Shown piece after piece: positions 17,743 to 25,934 of a DNA stretch of 64,000 nt; position 1 is the stretch's first letter, and each line of letters opens with the position of its first letter. The translations under genes were made by a program, and so were the position numbers. Origin of the DNA: an uncultured Sandaracinaceae bacterium (GTDB lineage: Bacteria; Myxococcota_A; Polyangia; Polyangiales; Houyiibacteriaceae); contig CAZEAA010000002.1 of the NCBI GenBank assembly GCA_964510015.1, forward strand, positions 427 through 64,426, read 5' to 3'. Under the pieces are notes generated by a model. The model was not told the origin of the DNA. It ran no database searches and saw nothing but the letters and a program-made list of their open reading frames with translations.

Positions 17743-18855
17743 ATGACCAAGCTCGCCCTCCACCCTTTGCTCCTGCCGGTCGCCGCCGTGCTGCTCTTCT
17801 CTGGGTTGGGGGCGTCGCACGCGCACGCGCAGAACACCTTCAACCAGTACGCCGATGAGGCCACCGAGGTGACGGGCTCGCTGCTGGAGCTGGCCGCGCC
17901 GCTCTTCGAGGACTGCGAGGCGCTCGCGGGGGTTGCTCGCCGCACGTGCACCACCCGTGTGCGCAACGCGGCGCGCGACCTGAACCGCACCACCTACCTG
18001 GCCACGTTGCCCGCGGGTGACCACCTGCGCTTCGACCCCTACGAGCCCATGGGCGGCGGCTTCCGTGTTTACTTGCGCGGCTTCGAGCAGCGCGACGGTC
18101 AGCGCGTGATCGCCACGCGCGCCACCGAGGGCGGCGCGCTGCCCGTGCACACCATCGCGCAGGGCTTCTCCACCGTGCCCGCGCGCGCGGCCCGTCCGTG
18201 GGTCATCCAGAACGCCCCCGAGCGGCTCATCTTGCGCATCGTCTTCCGCTTCGGCGAGACGTTCCGTGACGGCGAGCTGCGCGGCGCGGTGCTCAACCTG
18301 GTGGCCGCCCAGGTCTTCAACGACGGCACCGGCAACGTGCTGCTGGACACCACCCGCACGCCGGGGCCTCCGCAAGAGCCGCATGCCCTCGACCGGCGCG
18401 TGCGTCTGTGGGACCGCAATGGCCACGCCGAAGCGCTGTGGCAGGCACCCGATGGACGCCGCTACGTGTTCCACGTGGAGAACCAGCCGCTGCTGAACCC
18501 GCCCAACTCGAGCGCGCCCATGCTCCACGCATGGCACGGCCCGGAGCGACAGAGCGTGGTGCACTTCGTGGCGCCGTGCTGCACCGCCAACATCTCGGTG
18601 GCCCCGCGTGACGCCGAGACCGTCATGGTGATCATCACCGAGCGAGCGCCGGAAGGTGCGGTGGCGGGCCAGGGCCAGGTGCTGATCATCCGCTTCATCC
18701 AGGCGCGCGGCGCGTTTCGCGTGGTGGCGCGCTGGCGTGGCAGCAACACCGAGCGTCCGCCGGCCTGGGTGACCGACCCGACGGCGCCGTTGCCCGACGC
18801 CGCCACCGACGCGGCCGAAGCCCAGGAAGAGGGCGCCGCGCAAGAAGGCGAGTAG
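17743..18855 (+). CDS. Secreted hypothetical protein (370 aa)
   Basis: Track ORF 17539..18855. The start is ATG 17743, giving the signal MTKLALHPLLLPVAAVLLFSGLGASHAHA (ATG 17698 is also possible). No family recognised. Confidence 0.55.
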   Translation: MTKLALHPLLLPVAAVLLFSGLGASHAHAQNTFNQYADEATEVTGSLLELAAPLFEDCEALAGVARRTCTTRVRNAARDLNRTTYLATLPAGDHLRFDPYEPMGGGFRVYLRGFEQRDGQRVIATRATEGGALPVHTIAQGFSTVPARAARPWVIQNAPERLILRIVFRFGETFRDGELRGAVLNLVAAQVFNDGTGNVLLDTTRTPGPPQEPHALDRRVRLWDRNGHAEALWQAPDGRRYVFHVENQPLLNPPNSSAPMLHAWHGPERQSVVHFVAPCCTANISVAPRDAETVMVIITERAPEGAVAGQGQVLIIRFIQARGAFRVVARWRGSNTERPPAWVTDPTAPLPDAATDAAEAQEEGAAQEGE

Positions 18856-18880
18856 GCGGCGCTGCGGGGGAGCGGCTGGC

Positions 18881-19471
18881 TCAGCCCACGGGGGCCGGCA
18901 CCGGCGGCTGACGGAACACGGACGACCGGTAGTAACGCAGCTCCTCGATGCTCTCGAGGATGTCGTCGATGGCGCGGTGGTTGCCGCGCTTGGGCGGACG
19001 CTTGCTGTAATCCTCGGGGAACCAGCGCTGTGTCAGCTCCTTCACCGTGGACACGTCGATCATGCGGTAGTGCAGGTAGGTGTCCACCGTGGGCATGTAG
19101 AGCGCGATGAAGCGCCGGTCCTGATGGATGGAGTTGCCGGCCAGCGGCGCGCTGCGCGGATGGCAGTGCGCCTGCAAGAACGCGAGCACCTGCGCCTCGG
19201 CGTCCGCCTCCGTGACGGTGGACTCGCGCACGCGGTCGATGAGCCCGCTCTGCCCGTGGTGCTTCTTGTTCCAGTCGTCCATCGCGGCGAGGCGCTCTTC
19301 GGGCTGGTGCACCACGAGGTTGGGCCCCTCGGCCACCACGTTGAGCTCTCCGTCCGTGATCAGCACCGCGATCTCGATGATCCGCTCGCGCTCGGGGACC
19401 AGTCCGGTCATCTCGAGGTCAGCCCACACGATTCGTGCCGACCGGGGGTCTTGCTGCTCTGTCGCCGCCAT
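18881..19471 (-). CDS. orn: Oligoribonuclease
   Basis: Track ORF, 196 aa. DEDDh exonuclease motifs are present: WADLEMTGL, AGNSIHQDRRF and HRAIDDILESIEELRYY. Confidence 0.9.
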   Translation of the reverse strand: MAATEQQDPRSARIVWADLEMTGLVPERERIIEIAVLITDGELNVVAEGPNLVVHQPEERLAAMDDWNKKHHGQSGLIDRVRESTVTEADAEAQVLAFLQAHCHPRSAPLAGNSIHQDRRFIALYMPTVDTYLHYRMIDVSTVKELTQRWFPEDYSKRPPKRGNHRAIDDILESIEELRYYRSSVFRQPPVPAPVG

Positions 19472-19545
19472 TGCCCCCGCTATATCTCACGGGAGCGCCC
19501 GGCCGTCACCAACGGATCGGGCAGGCGCCTCCGCGGGAGCTCGGC

Positions 19546-19845
19546 TCAGAACTGCTCTTGGGCCGGGCCGGTGAGGTCGCTGCAGTCCTGTACGCTGCAG
19601 TCGCGCTCGTCGCTGGGGCCAGTGAGGTCGCTGCAGTCCTGTACGCTGCAGTCGCGCTCGTCGCTGGGGCCAGTGAGGTCGCTGCAATCCTCCACGCTGC
19701 AGTCGCGCTCGTCGGCCGGGCCCGAGCTCTCTTCGTCAGCCACGGTGTCGCCCGTGCCCGCGCTCGCTCCGCCGCAGCCGAGGGCGCTTCCGGGGATCGA
19801 CAGGGCCATCGCTGCGGCCACGAACAACTCTCGATTGATCTTCAT
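19546..19845 (-). CDS. Small Cys-rich tandem-repeat lipoprotein (99 aa)
   Basis: Track ORF. The signal is MKINRELFVAAAMALSIPGSALGC. The mature part carries 3x DERDCSV(Q/E)DCSDLTGP(S). Confidence 0.6.
   Translation of the reverse strand: MKINRELFVAAAMALSIPGSALGCGGASAGTGDTVADEESSGPADERDCSVEDCSDLTGPSDERDCSVQDCSDLTGPSDERDCSVQDCSDLTGPAQEQF
19571..19723. repeat. 51-bp tandem repeat x3 (units 19571-19621 and 19622-19672 identical; third unit diverged)
   Basis: Read directly: gtgaggtcgctgcagtcctgtacgctgcagtcgcgctcgtcgctggggcca occurs twice, 51/51 identical. Each unit contains an internal 9-bp repeat gctgcagtc. Confidence 0.95.
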
Positions 19846-19905
19846 GCTGTGCTTCCTGTGCTTCCTGGTGAGTGGAGTGCTTACTGCGAAGAGTCGGGGG
19901 CTCGC

Positions 19906-20484
19906 TCAGCGCGCGGGGACGGGCGGACGGAACAACGCGCCCAGATCGAAGTCCACCGCGTCGAAGGGCTCGGGCCGGCAGACGGCGCCGTCGTCGTCCG
20001 TGAACGCGCCGAGGCGCACCCAGCGTGCGCTCTCGTTGCGAAAGACCTCGAGCACCCGCAGGTCGACGTCCACGAGCCAGAGGTGCTTCACACCGACCTC
20101 GGCGTAGGCGTCCATCTTCACGCCGCGGTCGCGCTTGGCCGTGGCGGGTGAGAGCAGCTCGCACACCCAGTCGGGAGCGAGCGTGAAGAACGCCGTCTCG
20201 GGCAGCTCGGGCATGCGCTCCACGCGCCAGCCGGCGATGTCGGGCACGAGCACGTGGCTGCCGAGATGGACCTCGGGTTCGTGGATGATCCACCACCCGC
20301 CAGGGCCTCCGATGCCGCGGCGGAACGGGCCGCTCAGCAGCGCGCCCAGCTCGGACGCGGCGCTGACGTGCCGCGGACGCGGCTGCGGCTGGGTCTCGAG
20401 CGCCCCGAAGATGATCTCGCCCGTCACCCCTTCGGGGAGCGCCAAGATGTCGTCGTAGGTCGCGTGCTTGCGGGCGGCGGTCAT
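19906..20484 (-). CDS. Uma2-family (DUF820) putative endonuclease
   Basis: Track ORF, 192 aa. The layout YDDILALPEG...EII...PDIAGW...APDWVCELLSP...DRGVKMDAYAEVGVKHLWLVD is typical of Uma2 PD-(D/E)xK proteins. Confidence 0.7.
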   Translation of the reverse strand: MTAARKHATYDDILALPEGVTGEIIFGALETQPQPRPRHVSAASELGALLSGPFRRGIGGPGGWWIIHEPEVHLGSHVLVPDIAGWRVERMPELPETAFFTLAPDWVCELLSPATAKRDRGVKMDAYAEVGVKHLWLVDVDLRVLEVFRNESARWVRLGAFTDDDGAVCRPEPFDAVDFDLGALFRPPVPAR

Positions 20485-21743
20485 CGGAGAGGGCAGGGTA
20501 GCATGCGTGCCGCTCGGACGGCTTCTCGCGCGACTTCGCGGTCGGAGAACGCGACCGGACCCGTGGCGAGGAGCTGCTGTGCTTCGTGCCCGCGCCCGGC
20601 GACGACCACGCAGTCGGTCGCGGCTGCGCGCGCGACGGCGTGGTGGATGGCCGCGCGGCGGTCGGCTTCACGGTGCCACACGGCGCGCCGGGACGCGGCA
20701 CACCCGCTCTCGATGGCGTCGAGGATGCGCTCGGGGTCTTCGCTGCGCGGGTTGTCGTTGGTGAGCACGACCACGTCGGCGTGCTGGTCCGCGACGCGGC
20801 CCATCTCGGGGCGCTTGCTCGGGTCCTTGTCGCCGCCGCAGCCGAACACACACCACAGCTGCCCGCGCGGGCTCGTGAGGAGGCCGCGCGCCTCGACCAG
20901 CGTGCGGGCGAGCGCATCGGGAGTGTGCGCGTAGTCCACCACCACGAGCGGCTGCTCCGACACCACGTCGAAGCGTCCGGGGACGCCCGCGAACGAGCGC
21001 AGGCCCTGCCGAATGGCGTCCGGATGGTAGCCGAGGAAGGCCGTGGCGAGCGCCGCGCCGAGGGCGTTCTGCACGTGCACGGCCCCGACCGCGCGCAGCT
21101 CGTAGCGGCCCGCGAGCGCTTCGAAGCCGTGACCCCCAGACACCTCGAAGCGGGTCCCAGAGACCGACGCCTGCACCCGGTGCGCCCGCAGCTGGAGCGG
21201 CAGCGATGCGCAGTCCGCATGCACCCCGCCCACCACGTAGCCCAGCCGGCGCACACCGGCCGGCACCACCTCGTCGAGCAACGCGCTGCACGGGTCGGCG
21301 AGGTTCAAGACCACCGCGCCGCTCGCGGGGATGGTCATGAACAGCTGTGCCTTGGCGGCCAGGTAGGCCTCGGGCGACCCGTGCACGTCCAGGTGGTCGT
21401 GCGTGAGGTTGGTGAACACGCCCACGTCGGCGGGCCAGTGCTGCGCGAAGCCGGCGGCGAGGGCCTTCGAGGTGGTCTCGACGGCCAGGGTGCGCACGCC
21501 CCGCCCGATGGCGCTCAGCAGCAACTCCCGGAACGCGACCATGCTCACGTCGGCGGAGAGCTGTTGCTCACCCACCCAGGTGCCGAGCGTGGTCGCGCGC
21601 GCCGAGGTCTCGTCTGCCGCAGCCACGATGGCCGCCACCATGCTCGTCGTCGTGGTCTTGCCGTTCGTGCCGGTGACTCCCACCGAGCGAAGCTGCGGTC
21701 GCAGGAGCCCGAGCGGGGATGTGGATGCGAGCGAAGTGTCCAT
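20481..21743 (-). CDS. MurE-like Mur ligase lacking the N-terminal UDP-binding domain
   Basis: Track ORF, 420 aa. The P-loop GVTGTNGKTTTT starts at residue 22, versus roughly residue 110 in E. coli MurE. MurE-type motifs are present: FTNLTHDHLDVHG, DYAHTPDAL, FGCGGDKDPSKRP and DNPRSEDP. There is a 4-bp overlap with the Uma2 gene. Confidence 0.75.
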   Translation of the reverse strand: MDTSLASTSPLGLLRPQLRSVGVTGTNGKTTTTSMVAAIVAAADETSARATTLGTWVGEQQLSADVSMVAFRELLLSAIGRGVRTLAVETTSKALAAGFAQHWPADVGVFTNLTHDHLDVHGSPEAYLAAKAQLFMTIPASGAVVLNLADPCSALLDEVVPAGVRRLGYVVGGVHADCASLPLQLRAHRVQASVSGTRFEVSGGHGFEALAGRYELRAVGAVHVQNALGAALATAFLGYHPDAIRQGLRSFAGVPGRFDVVSEQPLVVVDYAHTPDALARTLVEARGLLTSPRGQLWCVFGCGGDKDPSKRPEMGRVADQHADVVVLTNDNPRSEDPERILDAIESGCAASRRAVWHREADRRAAIHHAVARAAATDCVVVAGRGHEAQQLLATGPVAFSDREVAREAVRAARMLPCPLR

Positions 21744-21803
21744 GGTGGCACGCGAGCGTGGAAGCAGCGTGCCACAAGACGACGGTCGCGCGTGGGCTCC
21801 CGC

Positions 21804-23063
21804 CTACTCCGCGGCGGCGATGGTCATGGCGGAGCGCGCGTGGGACTCGCGACGGATCCCGAGCACGACCGTGTGCAGCCAGCCGAAGCTCACCACGATC
21901 AACGCGAACATCACCCAGAAGCAGGCCTCTGGGCGACCGGTGGCGGACTCGAGGTACCCGAAGCCCAGCGGCATGAAGAAACCGCCGAGCGCGCCGAGCG
22001 TGCCCACCAGACCACCGACCAGGCCGACGTCCTTCGCGTAGTACTCCGGGATGTACTTGTAGACGGAGGCCTTGCCGATGCCCATGCCCACCCCGAGCGC
22101 CAACACGCAGCCGGTGAACACGGTCAGGCTGGTGCCCGGGAGCATCAACGGCACGCACGCGATCAGTATGGCGATGAAGACGCCGTAGGTGACGGGGCGG
22201 GGGCCGAAGCGATCGGACCAGTAGCCGCCCAGCGGACGCAGCAAGCTCGCCGGGAAGATGAAGAGCGCCGTCAGCAGCGCGGCGGTGGGCAGGGGCAGCT
22301 CGTACACGTCGGTGTAGTACGTGGGGAGGCGGAGCGAGAACGCGACGTAGGCGCCGAAGACCACCACGTAGTAGAGGCCGAAGCGCCACACGCGCACCTC
22401 GCGCAGCGGCGTCATCATGGAAGCGAGCGAGCGCGTCGCCCCCGGCGTGCGGTCGGGCGTCGGCGAGAGGAACCACACCAGCGCCGCCATCACGATGAGC
22501 ATCGCCGTGTACATCACTGGCACGAAGCGGTAGCCACCCGGAATGGCACTACCGAGGAGGCCGGCCGCCGGGACCAGGGTGATGAGCGTGGGTGCGATCA
22601 GCTTGGTGACCGACGCCCCGACGTTGCCCGCGCCGAACGTGCCGAGAGCGACCCCTTGCTTCTCGCGCGGCTGCCACGCAGCGTTCCACGCGATACCGAC
22701 GGAGAACGTGTTGCCCGCGATGCCGAACGCGAGCGCGCAGAACATGACCTCCCAGTACGAGCCCGCGAGGCTCAGCAGGTAGCAGGGGACGGCGGTCACC
22801 AAGAGCAGCCCCGTCATCATCGCGCGGCCGCCGTAGCGGTCGGTCAGCATGCCGAAGGGCAACCGGAAGATGGAGCCGCTGAGCACCGCGATGGCGGTGA
22901 TCCACGTCACTTGGAGCCTCGAGAGGCCCAGCGCTTCGCGCATGGGAACCGCGAGCACGCCGAGCATCAGCCAGACGGCGAAGCACAGCGTGAACGCGGC
23001 GGTGGACAGGATCAGCACCCGAGAGGCAGCTGACTCGGACTCCGAGCGGGGTTGCGACGTCAT
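21804..23063 (-). CDS. narK: MFS transporter, NarK/NasA nitrate/nitrite porter-like
   Basis: Track ORF 21804..23231. The start is ATG 23063 (MTSQPRSE...). It has 12 predicted TM segments, and GTFGAGNVGASV and FGMLTDRYGGR resemble the NNP family. Confidence 0.65.
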   Translation of the reverse strand: MTSQPRSESESAASRVLILSTAAFTLCFAVWLMLGVLAVPMREALGLSRLQVTWITAIAVLSGSIFRLPFGMLTDRYGGRAMMTGLLLVTAVPCYLLSLAGSYWEVMFCALAFGIAGNTFSVGIAWNAAWQPREKQGVALGTFGAGNVGASVTKLIAPTLITLVPAAGLLGSAIPGGYRFVPVMYTAMLIVMAALVWFLSPTPDRTPGATRSLASMMTPLREVRVWRFGLYYVVVFGAYVAFSLRLPTYYTDVYELPLPTAALLTALFIFPASLLRPLGGYWSDRFGPRPVTYGVFIAILIACVPLMLPGTSLTVFTGCVLALGVGMGIGKASVYKYIPEYYAKDVGLVGGLVGTLGALGGFFMPLGFGYLESATGRPEACFWVMFALIVVSFGWLHTVVLGIRRESHARSAMTIAAAE

Positions 23064-23253
23064 GGACGAAACGCTGACCGCCGTACGTTTCGTGGCGTGA
23101 ACGCCCTTGTAAATTGGAGGTTTCGGACTCCTCGAGGCGTGACCCTCGAATGTTTCCGGATGATGGCAAGACGGAACGCACAACGGCGGGGCGCCCTCCT
23201 GGGACGCCTCCGCCGATGTGACGCGAGCCATCGCCGCCGGGGCGGCGCGTCGC

Positions 23254-24501
23254 TCAGAGCCCCGAGAAGTGCACGAAGACGTCTCGAACGTTCGCCGTGC
23301 GGTCGTCCGCGTCGGGACCCATGCCCAGCTTCGAGGTGCCCTCGAACGCCGCCGCGAGGACCACGCGGGTGGGCGTCAGCGTGAGCCGCACGTTCTCGAC
23401 GGATTCATCACCCAGGAACGTGCGCACGAACTCACCGCCCGCGTTGGCCGACATGCGCACCAGGAACGTGCCATTCGTGCCCATCACGCCGTTCTGGGTG
23501 GTGACCGGGTTGGTGCCCACGCCGCGGATGAAGCCGGCCACGTAGAGGCTGCTCCCCGCGGGGTTGGTGGCCATGCTGTTGACAGCGTCGTACTCGGACC
23601 CGCCGCCGGTCCGCACCCACTGTGCAGCGCCCAGCTGGTCGTAGGCCGCAATGAACCAGTCCACCACCCCGAGGCAGGCGGTCGCTGCGGGGCGCGTCGG
23701 GAAGGTCACCGAGCCCGCGAACGTGCCGCCGATGTAGACTCGACCCGACGCGTCGCTCGCGATGGCGTTCACCGCGTCGCCCGACATGGAGCCGCCGATG
23801 GCGCGGCTCCACGCGAGAGAGCCACTCGTGTTCATGCGGGCGAGGTAGGCGTCCTGTTCGCCATGCGAGGTGTTGACGCCGTAGGTGCCGACGAAGACGC
23901 CGGCCACGTACAGCTGCCCTTCGGGAGCGGCCGCGATGGCCGCGATGGACGAGGTGGCGGCGTGGGGGATGGCGACGCTCTCCGCGCTGCCCGTCTCGGT
24001 GTCGATCGCGAGCAGGTGGGCGCCGCTCGTGCTGCTGCCCGAGACGTAGAGGAGACCGTCGGTGTGGAGGTGGAGCGCCTTGAGCGTGTCGCCTCCGGCC
24101 GAGGCGAAGGTGGGCCGCATCGCCCACAGCACCTCGCCGTCCGCGTCGAGCTTGGCCACCAGCGGATCACTGCCTCCGACGCTGTTCAGCGACGCGTCAC
24201 CGATCTCGACGTCGTCCGAGAACGTCAGCGCCACGTAGATGTCCCCCGCGCTGTCGGTGGCGACCGCGTGGCAGATCTCGTCGCCAGCTCCGTCCGTGCG
24301 CACCACCCAAGCGAGGCTGCCATCGGGTCGCATGCGGGTCACGAAGACGTCGTTGCCGAACGCGACCGACACCTGGCCATCCACGGTCGGGACGGTGACG
24401 TTGCCGGCGGCGCAGACGATGACGTCGCCGCCGGGGAGCGCGGCCACCGAGGGCTGGTTCTGCGTTCCGTTGCCGCCGATGATGCGCGACGCGATGGCCA
24501 C
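23254..24501 (-). CDS. Beta-propeller repeat (SBBP-like) protein, apparently lacking a signal peptide/5' end
   Basis: Track ORF, 415 aa starting at GTG 24501. It has repeated D.SG..YV.G.F motifs. The reading frame stays open for another 60 codons upstream (to the stop at 24682-84) with no ATG/GTG/TTG. Confidence 0.6.
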   Translation of the reverse strand: MAIASRIIGGNGTQNQPSVAALPGGDVIVCAAGNVTVPTVDGQVSVAFGNDVFVTRMRPDGSLAWVVRTDGAGDEICHAVATDSAGDIYVALTFSDDVEIGDASLNSVGGSDPLVAKLDADGEVLWAMRPTFASAGGDTLKALHLHTDGLLYVSGSSTSGAHLLAIDTETGSAESVAIPHAATSSIAAIAAAPEGQLYVAGVFVGTYGVNTSHGEQDAYLARMNTSGSLAWSRAIGGSMSGDAVNAIASDASGRVYIGGTFAGSVTFPTRPAATACLGVVDWFIAAYDQLGAAQWVRTGGGSEYDAVNSMATNPAGSSLYVAGFIRGVGTNPVTTQNGVMGTNGTFLVRMSANAGGEFVRTFLGDESVENVRLTLTPTRVVLAAAFEGTSKLGMGPDADDRTANVRDVFVHFSGL

Positions 24502-24905
24502 ACCGCCCTGGAAGTAGGCCTCCGCGCTGCGCGGCTCGTCGAGCGTCAGCGTGCAGGTGTCGTCCTGCTCGGTCTCGCAGATCCCGGTCCAGCCGCCGAA
24601 AGCCTGGCCGTCGTCGGGCTCCGCGGTGACGGTGACGGTGTGGCCCTCGGGGATCTCGTGGGCGTGAACGTCAGCGCTCCATCAGCACGTCTCGTGCCAC
24701 TCGCTCGTGGTGTCCTCTTGGTTCCGTAAAATGAAAGGATGTCGGTGGGTTGCGGTGTTGGCGCGAGCCGGCGGCCTGGGCCGGGCGGTGCCGAGTCGGT
24801 GTGCGCGCACGGGTGCACGGTGGGCGCGCACGGTGCGCCCGCACGCACCCGGGGACGGGGTCGCCGGTGTTGGTACGGCCGGCTCGAACGCGCTATCGCA
24901 TCCGA

Positions 24906-25934
24906 GTGAACCCCGTCGCGCCGATAGGAACCGATGTCGCCCACGCGGCCGAGCTGCTGCGCGCGGGGGAGGTGGTCGGCATGCCCACCGAGACGGTCTA
25001 CGGTCTGGCCGCGGTGGCGTTCGATGAACGCGCGGTGGTGAAGGTGTTCGAGGTGAAGGGGCGGCCGAGCTTCGACCCGCTCATCGTGCACTTGGCCCGC
25101 GCGTCCGAGCTCGGGCAGGTGGCGGACGTCGCGTTGCTCGACACGGCGGACCGTGCCCGCGTGCAGACCCTGGCGGCGCGCTGCTGGCCCGGCCCGCTCA
25201 CGCTGGTGCTCCCGAAGCTGCCGGTCGTGCCCGACCTCGTGACGAGCGGCCTCGACACCGTGGCCGTGCGCGTGCCGGCTCACCCCATGGCCCAGGCCTT
25301 GATCGAGGCAGCTCGGGCGCCCCTGGCGGCGCCGAGCGCGAACCCCTTCGGCTACGTGAGCCCCACCCGCCCCGAGCACGTGGCGCAGAAGCTGGGTCAC
25401 GGGGTGCCCTACGTGCTCGACGGTGGGCCCTGCGAGGTGGGCGTGGAGAGCACCATCCTGGCGGCACCGCGCGCGGGCGTCTCCTCGGCCTGGACGGTGC
25501 TGCGCGACGGAGGCCTGAGCCGTGAGGCGCTCTCGGCAGCGCTGGGCGTGACCCTCGTGGATGGCACCTCCGCGGTGGGGCGCGCCGAGAGCCCCGCGGC
25601 GCCGGGGCAGCTCGAGAGCCACTATGCGCCGCGCACGCCGCTGCGCTTCGGCGCCCTCGAGCCGCTGCTGCGCGACGCGGGCGGCGCGCGCGTGCACGTG
25701 ATCGCCTTTCGTGAGGCCCCCGTAGGCCTCTCGGCCGACGTGCTGTCCCCCTCGGGGGACTTGTCCGAAGCCGCGCGTCGGCTGTTCGCGCTGATGCGGC
25801 GCGCGGACACGCTGGGCGCCGACTTGATCATCGCGGAGCGCGTACCGGACGAAGGGCTCGGGCGCGCCATCAACGACCGCTTGCGACGAGCATCCGCCCG
25901 CGAGGGAGCTGATACGCTGCGCCATGGCCCGTGA
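24906..25934 (+). CDS. sua5: L-threonylcarbamoyladenylate synthase, Sua5/YwlC type (YrdC + Sua5 C-domain)
   Basis: Track ORF 24750..25934. The first 52 codons are Arg-rich junk, so the start is set at GTG 24906. Motifs are GMPTETVYGLAA, KGRPSFDPLIVH, LAAPSANPFG and the QLESHYAP region. Confidence 0.8.
   Translation: MNPVAPIGTDVAHAAELLRAGEVVGMPTETVYGLAAVAFDERAVVKVFEVKGRPSFDPLIVHLARASELGQVADVALLDTADRARVQTLAARCWPGPLTLVLPKLPVVPDLVTSGLDTVAVRVPAHPMAQALIEAARAPLAAPSANPFGYVSPTRPEHVAQKLGHGVPYVLDGGPCEVGVESTILAAPRAGVSSAWTVLRDGGLSREALSAALGVTLVDGTSAVGRAESPAAPGQLESHYAPRTPLRFGALEPLLRDAGGARVHVIAFREAPVGLSADVLSPSGDLSEAARRLFALMRRADTLGADLIIAERVPDEGLGRAINDRLRRASAREGADTLRHGP

Noticed and set aside
20586-23033. 815-aa plus-strand ORF
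   Set aside because: It is antisense to the MurE-like and MFS transporter genes, and its sequence is Arg/His/Gly/Asp low complexity.
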